A DNA stretch of 64,000 nt from Alphaproteobacteria bacterium (GCA_964291395.2 OZ219858.1:1152001-1216000), one strand, 5' to 3'. Counted from the stretch's first letter, positions 10,360 through 20,245 are shown. The notes: generated by a model from the letters alone, not told the origin. Made by a program: numbers and translations.

Positions 10360-11028
10360 TCAACCCCCGTGCGGCGCGCTCCCCCGGGCGCCGATCATCG
10401 ACAGAAACTCCCGTCGCGTCGTCGGGTCGTCGCGGAAGCAGCCGAGCATGCTGCTGGTTACCAGGCTGACCCCCGGCTTGCGGATACCGCGCGTGGTCAT
10501 GCACTGGTGCGCCGCCTCGACGACCACGCCGACGCCACGCGGCTTGAGTACTTCGTGGATCGTGTCCGCGATCTGCGATGTCAACGCTTCCTGGATCTGC
10601 ATCCGCTTCGCGAAGACCTCTACAAGGCGCGCGAGCTTGGAGATGCCCACGACCCGTTCCGCCGGCAAATACCCGACATGCGCTATTCCCAGGATAGGAA
10701 CGATGTGGTGCTCGCAGTGGGATTCAAGGCGAATATCGCGCAAGACGATCATCTGGTCATAGGTGGCAGTCCTCTCGAACGTCGTGGCTAGCAAGGCGAC
10801 CGGGTCTTCGGCATATCCGGCGAAGAATTCCTCGTAGGCCCGCGCGACACGTTCGGGCGTTCCCTTCAACCCCTCCCGGTCGGGATCGTCCCCGGCCCAC
10901 TCGATCAGCGTGCGGACGGCAGCCTCGGCCTCGGCACGGCGCGGCCGACGGCATGGCTCCGAACTGGTGCGCGATGGTGTCGAGGTCCGATCCTCAAAAA
11001 CTGCGGCGTCCATATCCCGGCCTTTCAT
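10360..11028 (-). CDS. folE: GTP cyclohydrolase I (type IA)
   Basis: [52 protein letters not shown]. Start ATG 11028 (alternative 11013); the upstream part of the 460-aa ORF is antisense to zur. Confidence 0.95.
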   Translation of the reverse strand: MKGRDMDAAVFEDRTSTPSRTSSEPCRRPRRAEAEAAVRTLIEWAGDDPDREGLKGTPERVARAYEEFFAGYAEDPVALLATTFERTATYDQMIVLRDIRLESHCEHHIVPILGIAHVGYLPAERVVGISKLARLVEVFAKRMQIQEALTSQIADTIHEVLKPRGVGVVVEAAHQCMTTRGIRKPGVSLVTSSMLGCFRDDPTTRREFLSMIGARGSAPHGG

Positions 11029-11072
11029 CGATGTCGGGCCGCCTAGATAGCGGCTCTCTTGTGAAGTTGAAA

Positions 11073-11090
11073 GAAATGTTATAACGTGAC
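11073..11090. promoter_or_regulatory. Zur box
   Basis: GAAATGTTATAACGTGAC matches the proteobacterial TGTTATAACA-core Zur operator; lies between divergent folE and zur. Confidence 0.8.
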
Positions 11091-11118
11091 TTCTGTACTT
11101 CGCAAGTTGAGACAGGCG

Positions 11119-11616
11119 ATGACGAAACCGCCGACCCGACGTCGCCCCTGCGCCGATCCGGATTACCGCAGGCGGCACTCGCCGCGCGAACGGGTCGCGT
11201 TCGCGGTATCGATCTGCGAGGGGCGCGGCGTGCAGATGACCGTGCTGCGGAGACGTGTCCTCGAGCTGCTGTGGGCGAGCGGCCGGCCGACGGGCGCCTA
11301 CCAGTTGATCGAAGCGGTCGAGCTCAGAGATTCGCGTCCGGTCGGCCCGCCGACCGTGTACCGGGCGCTCCAATTCCTGATGGCGCAAGGCTTCGTTTCC
11401 AGAATCGAAAGCCTGAACGCTTACGTCCCGTGCGTCCATCCCGAGCGCGACCACGATTGCCTGTTCTTCATCTGCAACGGCTGCCGGACATCGGTCGAGT
11501 TCGAGGAACCGCGGATCGGAGAACTGCTTGCCGACGATGCGGCCGTCCTCGGGTTCGTCGCGACACGTCGCACGGTCGAGATCGAGGGCATGTGCGCGGA
11601 GTGCACGGAAGCATGA
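11119..11616 (+). CDS. zur: Zinc uptake regulator (Fur family)
   Basis: [36 protein letters not shown], CxxC pairs (CNGC, CAEC); upstream of a zinc ABC system. Confidence 0.9.
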   Translation: MTKPPTRRRPCADPDYRRRHSPRERVAFAVSICEGRGVQMTVLRRRVLELLWASGRPTGAYQLIEAVELRDSRPVGPPTVYRALQFLMAQGFVSRIESLNAYVPCVHPERDHDCLFFICNGCRTSVEFEEPRIGELLADDAAVLGFVATRRTVEIEGMCAECTEA

Positions 11617-11744
11617 GGACGCGGACCTCCTGGCTCTGGCTGCTGCCGCTCGGCGCCGGCCCCCGGCTGCTCGGGGCGGCCCTGATCGTTGCCGTGCTCT
11701 GGGCCGGGTTCTTCTGGGCGACGTCCACGCCGGGGGGGCCATGA
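11613..11744 (+). CDS. Small single-TM protein (43 aa)
   Basis: [43 protein letters not shown]; ATGA overlaps with both the zur stop and the aztA start. Confidence 0.65.
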   Translation: MRTRTSWLWLLPLGAGPRLLGAALIVAVLWAGFFWATSTPGGP

Positions 11745-12484
11745 CCTACGCCCTCGAGTTTCAGGACCTGACCCTCGGCTACGACCGGCAACCGGCCGTG
11801 CATCGCCTGTGCGGCGAAATCGCCGAGGGCAGCCTGACCGCCATCGTCGGACCCAACGGGGCCGGTAAATCCACGGTGTTGAAGGGGGTGACCGGCACAC
11901 TCCGCCCGCTCGAAGGTCGGATCGCCTTCGGTGGACTCACGCGGAGCGAGATCGCCTATCTGCCGCAGCAATCGGACGTCGACCGGTCTTTCCCGATCGC
12001 CGTCGCCGACCTCGTGGCGATGGGCCTCTGGCAGGAGATCGGCGGCTTTGCGGGCGTGCGGGCCAGTCACCGCGCACGCGTCGCGGATGCGATTTCCGCG
12101 GTGGGCCTCGAAGGGTTCGAGAGGCGGCCGATCGGGTCGCTGTCGGGTGGGCAGATACAGCGTGCGCTCTTTGCCCGCCTGCTGCTGCAGGACGCGCGGC
12201 TTGTCCTGCTGGACGAACCCTTCACGGCCATAGACGCGAGAACGGTGGCGGACCTGATCGGCGTGGTGCGGCGCTGGCACGGCGAAGGCCGCACGGTGCT
12301 TGCCGTTTTGCACGACTTCGACACGGTGCGGGCTCACTTCCCCCGCACGCTGATGCTGGCGCGTGAACTCGTCGCCCATGGACCCACGGCGCAGGTGCTG
12401 ACGGCCGAGAACCAGTTCCGCGCGCGCCAGATGTGCGAGGCCTGCGCCGGCCCCCCGCACACATGCGGGCGAAACGCCGCATGA
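11741..12484 (+). CDS. aztA: Zn/Mn ABC transporter ATP-binding protein (AztA-like)
   Basis: [25 protein letters not shown]; Cys/His tail [11 protein letters not shown]. Confidence 0.85.
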   Translation: MTYALEFQDLTLGYDRQPAVHRLCGEIAEGSLTAIVGPNGAGKSTVLKGVTGTLRPLEGRIAFGGLTRSEIAYLPQQSDVDRSFPIAVADLVAMGLWQEIGGFAGVRASHRARVADAISAVGLEGFERRPIGSLSGGQIQRALFARLLLQDARLVLLDEPFTAIDARTVADLIGVVRRWHGEGRTVLAVLHDFDTVRAHFPRTLMLARELVAHGPTAQVLTAENQFRARQMCEACAGPPHTCGRNAA

Positions 12485-13350
12485 TGTGGGAGCTCCTCGT
12501 CCAGCCCTTCGCCGATTTCGGCTTCATGCGGCGCGCGCTGATGGGTTGCATCGCGATCTCGGTCGGCGCCACGCCGGTCGGGGTATTCCTGATGCTGCGC
12601 CGCATGAGCCTGACGGGCGACGCGATGGCCCATGCGATCCTGCCGGGTGCGGCCGTCGGCTATCTCTTCGCGGGCCTCTCGCTCGGGGCGATGACCGTCG
12701 GCGGGCTGATCGCAGGCATGGCCGTGGCGCTCCTCGCGGGCTTCGTGACCCGCGTCACGGCGCTGCGCGAGGACGCAAGCCTGGCGGCCTTCTACCTGAT
12801 CTCGCTGGCGGTGGGGGTGCTGATCGTGTCCACCCGAGGCAGCAACGTCGACCTGATGCACGTGCTCTTCGGGACCGTGCTCGCGCTGGATGACGCCGCC
12901 CTGACTTTGCTCTGTTCCATCGCGAGCGTTTCGGTCTTCGCGCTGGCGGCCTTGTTCCGGCCGCTCGTGCTCGAATGCGCGGACCCGCAGTTCCTGCGCT
13001 CGGTCAGCGGGCTCAGCGCCGTGACGCATTTCACCTTCCTTGCCCTCGTCGTGCTGAACCTCGTGGCCGGCTTTCACGCGCTCGGCACGCTGATGGCCGT
13101 CGGCATCATGATCCTTCCCGCCGCCGCCGCGCGATTCTGGGCGGTGGGCATCGGCGCGCTGATCGCCGTCGCGATCTCGGTCGCGATGCTCTCGAGCCTG
13201 AGCGGCCTTCTTCTCTCCTACCACTTCAGCCTACCGTCCGGGCCGGCGATCATCCTCGTCGCGGGTCTCGCCTACGCACTGTCGCTGGTCTTCGGACCGG
13301 TGGGCGGTCTCGCCGGGCGGGTCCTCCCGCGCCGCTACCTCGAAGCCTGA
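12481..13350 (+). CDS. aztB: Zn/Mn ABC transporter permease (AztB-like)
   Basis: LRRMSLTGDAMAHAILPG, DLMHVLFG, SGPAIIL; many hydrophobic segments. Confidence 0.85.
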   Translation: MMWELLVQPFADFGFMRRALMGCIAISVGATPVGVFLMLRRMSLTGDAMAHAILPGAAVGYLFAGLSLGAMTVGGLIAGMAVALLAGFVTRVTALREDASLAAFYLISLAVGVLIVSTRGSNVDLMHVLFGTVLALDDAALTLLCSIASVSVFALAALFRPLVLECADPQFLRSVSGLSAVTHFTFLALVVLNLVAGFHALGTLMAVGIMILPAAAARFWAVGIGALIAVAISVAMLSSLSGLLLSYHFSLPSGPAIILVAGLAYALSLVFGPVGGLAGRVLPRRYLEA

Positions 13351-13361
13351 AAGGAGTTCCG

Positions 13362-14402
13362 ATGCTCGCCCGCAGAGCGCTTCTGACATCCGCCGCTGCC
13401 GTCCTCGCCGTGTCGCTCGCCGCTCCGGCCGTCGCACGGTCCGACAGACCGATCCCGGTGGTCGCCACCTTCTCGATCCTCGGCGACATGGTGAAGCGTA
13501 TCGGCGGAGAGCACGTCGCCGTCACGACGCTCGTCGGCCCCGACGGGGATACGCATGTTTACCAGCCGACCCCTGCCGATGCGCGGGCCGTCAGCGAAGC
13601 AAAGATCCTTGTCGTCAACGGGCTGCAGTTCGAAGGCTGGCTGGATCGGCTGATCGACGCATCGGACTTCCGCGGCGTCCGGGTGGTGGCGACCGAAGGG
13701 GTCGACTTGATCGCGTTCGACGACGAGCACGATAACGGCGGCGGCCACGAAGCCCACGCCGAAGAGGCCGGTCATGACCACGATCACGATGACCACGCCG
13801 AGGCCGGTCATGATGACGACCACGAGCACGAGGAGCATGCCGAGGGCGACGATCACGACCACCATCACCACGGCGCTTTCGACCCACACGCCTGGCAGAG
13901 CCTCGGCAACGCCGTGGCCTATGTCGACACCATCGCTGCCGCTCTGGCGCAGGCCAATCCGGCGAACGCGGCCGACTTCTACCAGAACCGCGCAGCTTAT
14001 GTCGCCGAGATCGAGGCGCTCGACGCAGAGATTCGCGGGATCGTGGCAGCCCTGCCGGCCGAGCGTCGCATCGTCGTCACCTCCCACGACGCGTTCCAGT
14101 ATTTCGGCCGCGATTATGGGCTGACCTTCCTCGCACCCCAAGGGCTCAGCACCGAGTCCGAGGCGTCCGCAAAGGATGTCGCCCGCCTCATCCAGCAGAT
14201 CCGTGAACGGGGTATTCGAGCCGTCTTCATCGAGAATGTCGCGGACCCCCGCCTCCTGGAACGCATCGCCGACGAGACCGGGGCCTCCATCGGCGGCACG
14301 CTCTATCCTGGCGCGCTGTCCGGCCCGGACGGTCCGGCGCCGACCTACCTCGACATGATGCGGCACAACGCGACGACGCTCGCGCAGGCGCTGGCTTCGT
14401 AA
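13362..14402 (+). CDS. aztC: Zn/Mn ABC substrate-binding protein (AztC/ZnuA-like) with His-rich loop
   Basis: SD AAGGAG, twin-Arg-like signal MLARRALL, VVATFSILGD, DTHVYQPTP, DPHAWQ, TSHDAFQYF; His/Asp/Glu-rich insert. Confidence 0.88.
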   Translation: MLARRALLTSAAAVLAVSLAAPAVARSDRPIPVVATFSILGDMVKRIGGEHVAVTTLVGPDGDTHVYQPTPADARAVSEAKILVVNGLQFEGWLDRLIDASDFRGVRVVATEGVDLIAFDDEHDNGGGHEAHAEEAGHDHDHDDHAEAGHDDDHEHEEHAEGDDHDHHHHGAFDPHAWQSLGNAVAYVDTIAAALAQANPANAADFYQNRAAYVAEIEALDAEIRGIVAALPAERRIVVTSHDAFQYFGRDYGLTFLAPQGLSTESEASAKDVARLIQQIRERGIRAVFIENVADPRLLERIADETGASIGGTLYPGALSGPDGPAPTYLDMMRHNATTLAQALAS

Positions 14403-14496
14403 GGCTAGGCGCAGCCTTTTCCGTCAGCATCTACGAACTGAGTAAAGGCGGGTGAATGCTGCTGAACGGCTTCGGAATTTGAAGGAGAAGGAATCC

Positions 14497-15453
14497 ATGA
14501 ATCAGATCCCCGTTACCGTCCTGACCGGCTATCTCGGCGCCGGCAAGACAACGCTCCTGAACCGCATCCTGACCGAGGAGCACGGCAAGAAATACGCCGT
14601 GGTTGTCAACGAGTTCGGCGAAATCGGCATCGACAACGACCTTGTGGTCAACGCCGACGAGGAAGTGTTCGAGATGAACAACGGTTGTATCTGCTGCACC
14701 GTACGCGGGGACCTGATCCGCATCCTTGGAGGGTTGATGAAACGGCAAGGCAACTTCGATGGAATCCTCATCGAGACCACGGGCCTTGCCGATCCCGCGC
14801 CGGTCGCCCAGACCTTCTTCGTCGACGACGATGTTCGGCGGCGGACCTGGCTCGATTCCATCGTAACGGTGGTCGACGCCCGCCATGTCGTCCAGCGGCT
14901 CGAAGACAGCCATGAGGCGCTGGAACAGATTGCCTTTGCAGACGTCATCCTTCTCAACAAGACGGATCTTGTGCCGGCCGATGAACTGGCGCAGGTGGAA
15001 ACTCGCATCCGTTCGGTCAATCCAACGGCAGTTATCCAACGCACGCTGCGATGCGAGGTGGGGCTTGACACGGTTCTGGGTCGCCGAGCCTTCGATCTCG
15101 ATCGCATACTGGCGATCGAGCCGGACTTTCTTTCGGAAGACGACCACGAACACGACGATGCTGTGAAGAGCGTCTGCCTGCGCACCGACCGGCCCTTGGA
15201 CGGAGCCCGCCTCACAGGGTGGTTGCAGGGCCTGCTTGTCGAGCGTGGTCAAGACCTTCTGCGAACCAAGGGGATCCTGTCGATCGCCGGTCAGGACAAG
15301 CAGTATGTCGTCCAGGCGGTCCATATGCTGATGGAAGGTGATTTCACGAAGCCGTGGAGCCCAAAAGAGACCCGAGAGAGTCGCCTGGTTTTCATCGGAC
15401 GTAACATTGATGAATTGGAACTGCGTCAGCAGTTCGACGCCTGCATCGCATGA
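14497..15453 (+). CDS. COG0523 (CobW/ZigA/YciC family) G3E GTPase metallochaperone
   Basis: PVTVLTGYLGAGKTT, NEFGE, GCICC (CxCC), IETTGLADP, NKTD, short HEHD linker, CobW_C-like C-terminus. Confidence 0.92.
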   Translation: MNQIPVTVLTGYLGAGKTTLLNRILTEEHGKKYAVVVNEFGEIGIDNDLVVNADEEVFEMNNGCICCTVRGDLIRILGGLMKRQGNFDGILIETTGLADPAPVAQTFFVDDDVRRRTWLDSIVTVVDARHVVQRLEDSHEALEQIAFADVILLNKTDLVPADELAQVETRIRSVNPTAVIQRTLRCEVGLDTVLGRRAFDLDRILAIEPDFLSEDDHEHDDAVKSVCLRTDRPLDGARLTGWLQGLLVERGQDLLRTKGILSIAGQDKQYVVQAVHMLMEGDFTKPWSPKETRESRLVFIGRNIDELELRQQFDACIA

Positions 15454-16505
15454 GTTCGTCCGCCGAACAGGGCAGGGCGTCGCTGCTTGACCGCATCGGC
15501 ACCGGTCGGAAGCTCGACGCCTATGTGGTGGGCGTCGTGTTCCTCAAGGAGGGACTGCTTGCGGCTGCACTCGGGGACGGTCGGGTCGCGTTCATCAACA
15601 GCGAGAGCACGAATCCTCCGTCCTTCGTTTCGGTGCATGACGGGGCTTGTCTTTCGCTGGCCGTCGACTTGGGTGAACAGCGCGTTCTGACAGGCGGAGA
15701 CGATGCTCGGCTGGTGAGCACCGATACCGACGGCGAGACCACCGAAATCGCAGCCATTGCGGGGCGATGGGTCGAGCCGATTGCCGTCAGCAGGGCATCC
15801 GGACTATGCGCTGCGGTCTTCGGCAAGACAGTTTTCCTTTTCGCGCGAGATGGAAGAGCGGTTGGAACGTTCGATCATGCAAACACGGTCGGCGGTCTGG
15901 CATTCGACCCGAAAGGGCGACGGATCGCCGCCGCGCACTATGGCGGAATCAGCCTCTGGTGGGCGAAGCTCAGCACGCAGGAGCCTAAACAACTCAGTTG
16001 GTCGGGCTCGCACCTTAGTCTGACCTGGAGCCCGGACGGGAAATACATCGTCACCGCAATGCAGGAGAACGAACTGCACGGTTGGCGTGTCTCCGACAAC
16101 ACCGATATGCGGATGTCTGGCTACCCAACGAAGGTCAAGTCGATGAGCTGGCTGCCGAAGGGAAGGTATCTGGCGACCGGTGGCGCGGAATCCGTCGTTT
16201 GTTGGCCTTTCCATGGCAAGGGCGGCCCCATGGGTAAGGCACCGCTCGACCTCGGGTGGGGCTTCGAGGGTATGGTGACGGTGGTGGCTGCGCACCCCCG
16301 GCATGACGTGGTCGCTGCCGGATATGAGGACGGTGCCACCATCCTCGTGCAGATCGACCGCGCTCATCCGGTTCTGGTCAAGCGACCCGGCAAGGGCGCT
16401 GTGACCGCGCTCGCCTGGTCGGCGGATGGACAGCATCTCGCCCTCGGTACCGAGAGCGGTTTTGTCGGTCGAATCGGCCTTTCCGACTGGCGGGCCCCAT
16501 CGTGA
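15450..16505 (+). CDS. WD40-repeat beta-propeller protein
   Basis: Repeated strand/turn motifs (LTGGDD, LAFDPKG, LTWSPDG, LAWSADG); ATGA-coupled to the COG0523 gene. Confidence 0.85.
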   Translation: MSSSAEQGRASLLDRIGTGRKLDAYVVGVVFLKEGLLAAALGDGRVAFINSESTNPPSFVSVHDGACLSLAVDLGEQRVLTGGDDARLVSTDTDGETTEIAAIAGRWVEPIAVSRASGLCAAVFGKTVFLFARDGRAVGTFDHANTVGGLAFDPKGRRIAAAHYGGISLWWAKLSTQEPKQLSWSGSHLSLTWSPDGKYIVTAMQENELHGWRVSDNTDMRMSGYPTKVKSMSWLPKGRYLATGGAESVVCWPFHGKGGPMGKAPLDLGWGFEGMVTVVAAHPRHDVVAAGYEDGATILVQIDRAHPVLVKRPGKGAVTALAWSADGQHLALGTESGFVGRIGLSDWRAPS

Positions 16506-16539
16506 GCGCGAACGGAGAAACTCCAATCGAGTTTCTTCG

Positions 16540-16749
16540 ATGAAACGGAAGGCAAAACGCGCGCAATCCCCATGCATCGACGTCTGCCGTCTCGACCCGA
16601 AGACGGGGTGGTGCCTGGGCTGTGGCAGGACCGCCGCTGAAATCGGAGAATGGCGCAAGCTCACACCGTTTCGTCGAGGCCGGCTTGAACGGGAATTCGC
16701 GCGGCGCCTGGTGAAGCTCGGAAAGCGCACGCCATTGGAAAACGAATGA
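16540..16749 (+). CDS. DUF1289 family small Cys-rich protein
   Basis: SPCIDVCRLD...WCLGCGRTAAEIGEW pattern; ATG 16540. Confidence 0.85.
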   Translation: MKRKAKRAQSPCIDVCRLDPKTGWCLGCGRTAAEIGEWRKLTPFRRGRLEREFARRLVKLGKRTPLENE

Positions 16750-17095
16750 AACGGTCGACGATCACTATTTACGATCCAAGGACCCAGCTTCTGGCGGTAT
16801 TTCTTTTACCGACGGGAGCCAGTGGATTTCCAACTGTTGCGCACCCACACGCCTGGTTTGATCTGCGCAGCACCGTCGTGCCGGATGCCGCTGTTCCCGT
16901 CACAGTCGCCGCTGACAGAAATCGGATGGTGATCTGGTCTCTGAGATGGGGATAGCCGGAAGACGAATTCGCCTTCGACGCGGTCCTGATCTGGACGATC
17001 GTGGCAATCGAAATCCACAAGGAGACAAGGAGCGCCCAAACCTCATCCTCTTTACCGGCACGGCCACGCCAACCGCGATCATCGTGCGATAGTCG
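16746..17095 (+). pseudogene. DUF1007-family remnant
   Basis: Signal-like N-terminus then AHPHAWFDLRS (DUF1007-type HPH start), premature TAG at 16953-16955, followed by DEF-like residues. Confidence 0.5.
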
Positions 17096-17151
17096 AGGCC
17101 GCGTCGACTCCGAGGCTGCGGGGCGCCGGGTGATGCGCCCGTTTCCGTGGA

Positions 17152-18093
17152 TCAGTTCAGGGCGCTCTTGATCGATCGGGCCGCCCGCATGGTCGCTTCG
17201 CGGCCGTCGTCCAGGACGGCAGGCATGTTCAGAAAGCCGTGGATCATCCCGCCATAACAGATGTGCTCGGTAGCGACCCCCGCAGCCGTCAAGGCGTCGG
17301 CATAGGCCTTGGCGTCATCCCGCAGGGGATCGAAGCCGGCCGCGATAACAAGGGCCGGCGGCAGCCCGCTCAAATCCTTCGCGAACAACGGGGATGCGTC
17401 GGGGTCCGTCCGCGATTCGTCGTCGAGCAGATACAGATCCCGGAACCACTCCATGGTGGCGCGGGTGAGATTGTAGCCCTCCGCCAGTTCGGTCATGGAC
17501 GGCAGCGACAAGGTCATGTCGGTCACGGGGTAGATCAACACCTGGAACCGGATGTCCGGCCCGCCTTCGTCGCGGGCCCGCCGACAGACAGTCGCGGCGA
17601 GAGTGCCGCCCGCAGAGTCACCGCCCACGGCCAAGCGACTCGTGTCCGCGTCCAGCGCGTCACCGTTGGCCGCAACCCAGCGGAGGGACTCCCACGCGTC
17701 ATCGAGCGCGGCAGGGTACGGGTGTTCCGGCGCCAATCGGTAGTCTACCGAGATCACGAGGGCGCCGGACTGTATGCAAAGATAGCGGCAGGGGATGTCA
17801 TGGCTGTCGAGGTCGCCGAACACCCAGCCGCCGCCGTGGAAATGGACGTAGACTGGGAGCTTCACGCCATCCCGGCCCGTCGGGCGATAGACACGCGCCG
17901 GGATGTGTCGGTCCGACACCTCAAGCATCCGGTCGGTCACCTGCCCCACCGGCGGCGGTTCTCCTTGTGCCGGCACCTGCCGACTTCGAAACGCGGCGCG
18001 TGCCTCCTCTACCGGCATCGTATGCCAGGGTGGAAGACCGGCGGCCGTCGCCGCTTCGATCAACGCTTTCGCCTGTGGATGGAGGCCGGTCAT
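17152..18093 (-). CDS. HSL-family esterase/lipase (alpha/beta hydrolase_3)
   Basis: HGGGW, VDYRLAPEH, GDSAGG, DPLRDD, HGF. Confidence 0.92.
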   Translation of the reverse strand: MTGLHPQAKALIEAATAAGLPPWHTMPVEEARAAFRSRQVPAQGEPPPVGQVTDRMLEVSDRHIPARVYRPTGRDGVKLPVYVHFHGGGWVFGDLDSHDIPCRYLCIQSGALVISVDYRLAPEHPYPAALDDAWESLRWVAANGDALDADTSRLAVGGDSAGGTLAATVCRRARDEGGPDIRFQVLIYPVTDMTLSLPSMTELAEGYNLTRATMEWFRDLYLLDDESRTDPDASPLFAKDLSGLPPALVIAAGFDPLRDDAKAYADALTAAGVATEHICYGGMIHGFLNMPAVLDDGREATMRAARSIKSALN

Positions 18094-18106
18094 GGTGATC
18101 CCTTCT

Positions 18107-18886
18107 TCAATCGAGGAATTCCCGGATTGCCGCGGACGCCGCGGCCGGCTGGTCGATGTCCGCCAGATGGCCGGCATCGGAGATGGTTCTGATTCGGGTC
18201 TCGCCGCCGATGCCCGTGACAAACTTGTCCGCGTACGACCGCGGGATAACCCGGTCCCGGTCCCCCCACAGGAGGAGCGTCGGAACGCGGACCCGGTGGA
18301 GGCGCCGTGCGAGCCGGGTATCGCCAAGAGGCCAGAGAATTCGTGCCGCCGCCTCTTGCGCCCGCGACAGCGTCACGAGCCATTCGACCCGATCCCGGTT
18401 CTCCGGAACGCCGAACACGGCCCCGTAAGCGTCGGTATTGGCGCTGAGGCACTGTCCGATGTCCGGCGGCCGGACCGCGAACGGGTCGATGCCGGGGTCG
18501 TCCTCGTCGAAAAGACCGTACGGCGAAATCAGAACGAGGCGCCGCACGAGCGCCGGCCAGATCGCCGCGGCGTCCGCCGCCACGGCCCCGCCGACGGAAA
18601 TACCCACAAGGTCGGCGCCGTCGAGGCCGGCACCCACCAACAGCTCGTGAGCCACGATCATCCAATCGAGGTGGGAATCGAGGATATCGTGCCCCAGGGC
18701 ACCCGGAAATCCCGGCAACGAAGGCACGACGACCCGGCGCGTCCCGCTCAATGCCTCCATGAAGGGCGTCCAGCACGGCGCGCCGCCGATACCGGGCAAT
18801 ACGCCCAGCGGCTCCCCGGTACCCTTCTCCCAAACGCGGCAGGCGAAGCCGTTGATCTCGACCGACCGCTCTTCAGGTCCGCTCAT
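18107..18886 (-). CDS. Alpha/beta fold hydrolase
   Basis: SLPGF, GISVGG nucleophile elbow, LLWGDRD, AGH; ATGA overlap with the LLM gene. Confidence 0.85.
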   Translation of the reverse strand: MSGPEERSVEINGFACRVWEKGTGEPLGVLPGIGGAPCWTPFMEALSGTRRVVVPSLPGFPGALGHDILDSHLDWMIVAHELLVGAGLDGADLVGISVGGAVAADAAAIWPALVRRLVLISPYGLFDEDDPGIDPFAVRPPDIGQCLSANTDAYGAVFGVPENRDRVEWLVTLSRAQEAAARILWPLGDTRLARRLHRVRVPTLLLWGDRDRVIPRSYADKFVTGIGGETRIRTISDAGHLADIDQPAAASAAIREFLD

Positions 18887-20127
18887 ACCGCGACCGCCTG
18901 CGGCAAGGTCCGCTCCTGCCGCGGCATGGGGTTCGGCCACCAGTGGTGTTCCCACTCGTCTTTGAACAAGCCGGCGATCTGGGGCATGACACGCTGCGCA
19001 AAGAGGCGCGTGTTGTAGTTGGCCGTATCCCGATCCATGTTGCCGAACTGCAGGAGCGTCATCAGGTTCCCGACGTTGAGATCCTTGGCGATCTCCCGAA
19101 GACGGTCGGCCACCTCGTCCGGTTCGCCCAGCACGAGATAGCCGCGCTCGACGATGTCTTCCAGCTTCGGCGCGCCCATGGTGCCGAGGGCGGCGACACC
19201 GCCGCCGGGGCGCGCGGCGGCGATTTGGCGCCGGATGGTCGACTCGGTGCGGTACCCCGGAGCGTCGGTAAACCCGGGATAGAGATGGAGGCAGTTCGCG
19301 TAGAAATACTCGGCCGGTTCGCGATAAATCCGCTCTGCTTCGGCGTGCGTCTCCGCGACTCCGACGAACTGAAGATAGCCGGAGCGGAACGGATTCTGTT
19401 CCTTTCCGCCAGCGTCGATCTCACGCTTGTAGGCACCGAGAACACCCTGGGCGGCGTCATAGCCGAAGTAAGACAGCGCGCAGAACACGTAGTCGTTGTC
19501 GACGCACCAGCGCAGGGTTTCGTTGGCGCCGCCGCCCGGAATCCAGACCGGAGGATGCGGCTTTTGAACGGGGCGGGGCCAGATATTCACGTAACGCAGC
19601 TGGTTGAAACGACCGTTGAACGAAAAGACGTCCTCCTCCCGCCATGCGCGCATGATGACGTCGTGGGCTTCGAGATAGCGCTGGCGCAACGTGCTCGGGT
19701 TCTGGCCATAGGCGAAACAGGTGTCCATCGGCGTGCCGATGGGAAAGCCCGCGATCATTCGGCCACCGGAAATGCAATCGATCATCGCCATTTCTTCGGC
19801 GACGCGAAGCGGCGGGTTGTAGAGAGCGAGAGAGTTTCCCAGGATGAGAATGGCCGCGTCCGTGGTCGCCCGCGCGAGAGCCGAACCGACCAGGTTGGGT
19901 GACGGCATGAGGCCGTATCCGTTGTTGTGGTGCTCGTTGACGCAGACACCGTCGAAGCCGACCTCGGCCGCGAACTCCAGTTCGTCGAAGAAATCGTTGT
20001 ACATCTGATGCGCGCGCTGTGGGTCGAACAGCGTGGAGTCGATATCGACCCACACGGAATGGTGGTTGTCCCGGAAATCGTCGGGCAACTCCGTATAGGG
20101 CATCAGATGAAACCAGAGGACCTTCAT
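18883..20127 (-). CDS. Luciferase-like (LLM) flavin-dependent oxidoreductase
   Basis: GFDGVCVNEHH, PLRVAEEMAMIDCISGGR, PRPVQKPHPPVW; ATG 20127. Confidence 0.92.
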   Translation of the reverse strand: MKVLWFHLMPYTELPDDFRDNHHSVWVDIDSTLFDPQRAHQMYNDFFDELEFAAEVGFDGVCVNEHHNNGYGLMPSPNLVGSALARATTDAAILILGNSLALYNPPLRVAEEMAMIDCISGGRMIAGFPIGTPMDTCFAYGQNPSTLRQRYLEAHDVIMRAWREEDVFSFNGRFNQLRYVNIWPRPVQKPHPPVWIPGGGANETLRWCVDNDYVFCALSYFGYDAAQGVLGAYKREIDAGGKEQNPFRSGYLQFVGVAETHAEAERIYREPAEYFYANCLHLYPGFTDAPGYRTESTIRRQIAAARPGGGVAALGTMGAPKLEDIVERGYLVLGEPDEVADRLREIAKDLNVGNLMTLLQFGNMDRDTANYNTRLFAQRVMPQIAGLFKDEWEHHWWPNPMPRQERTLPQAVAV

Positions 20128-20216
20128 CGCATGAACCTCAATGCCTGCCTTCGAGGGGAGCCGAAGGATGCATTGGAAACCCCGCTCAGGCAAACCGGGG
20201 GCCGCTCGATCCCAAT

Positions 20217-20245
20217 GAAAGCGGCGGTCCCGGCGGGACCGCCGC
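20217..20245 (-). terminator. Possible intrinsic terminator after the DUF4242 gene
   Basis: GCGGCGGTCCC-N3-GGGACCGCCGC hairpin followed by a short TTT on the minus strand. Confidence 0.45.

Noticed and set aside
10360-11742. N-terminally extended versions of FolE, AztA, AztC, STAS and others in the ORF track
   Set aside because: Extensions overlap neighbouring genes; downstream starts match the family N-termini.
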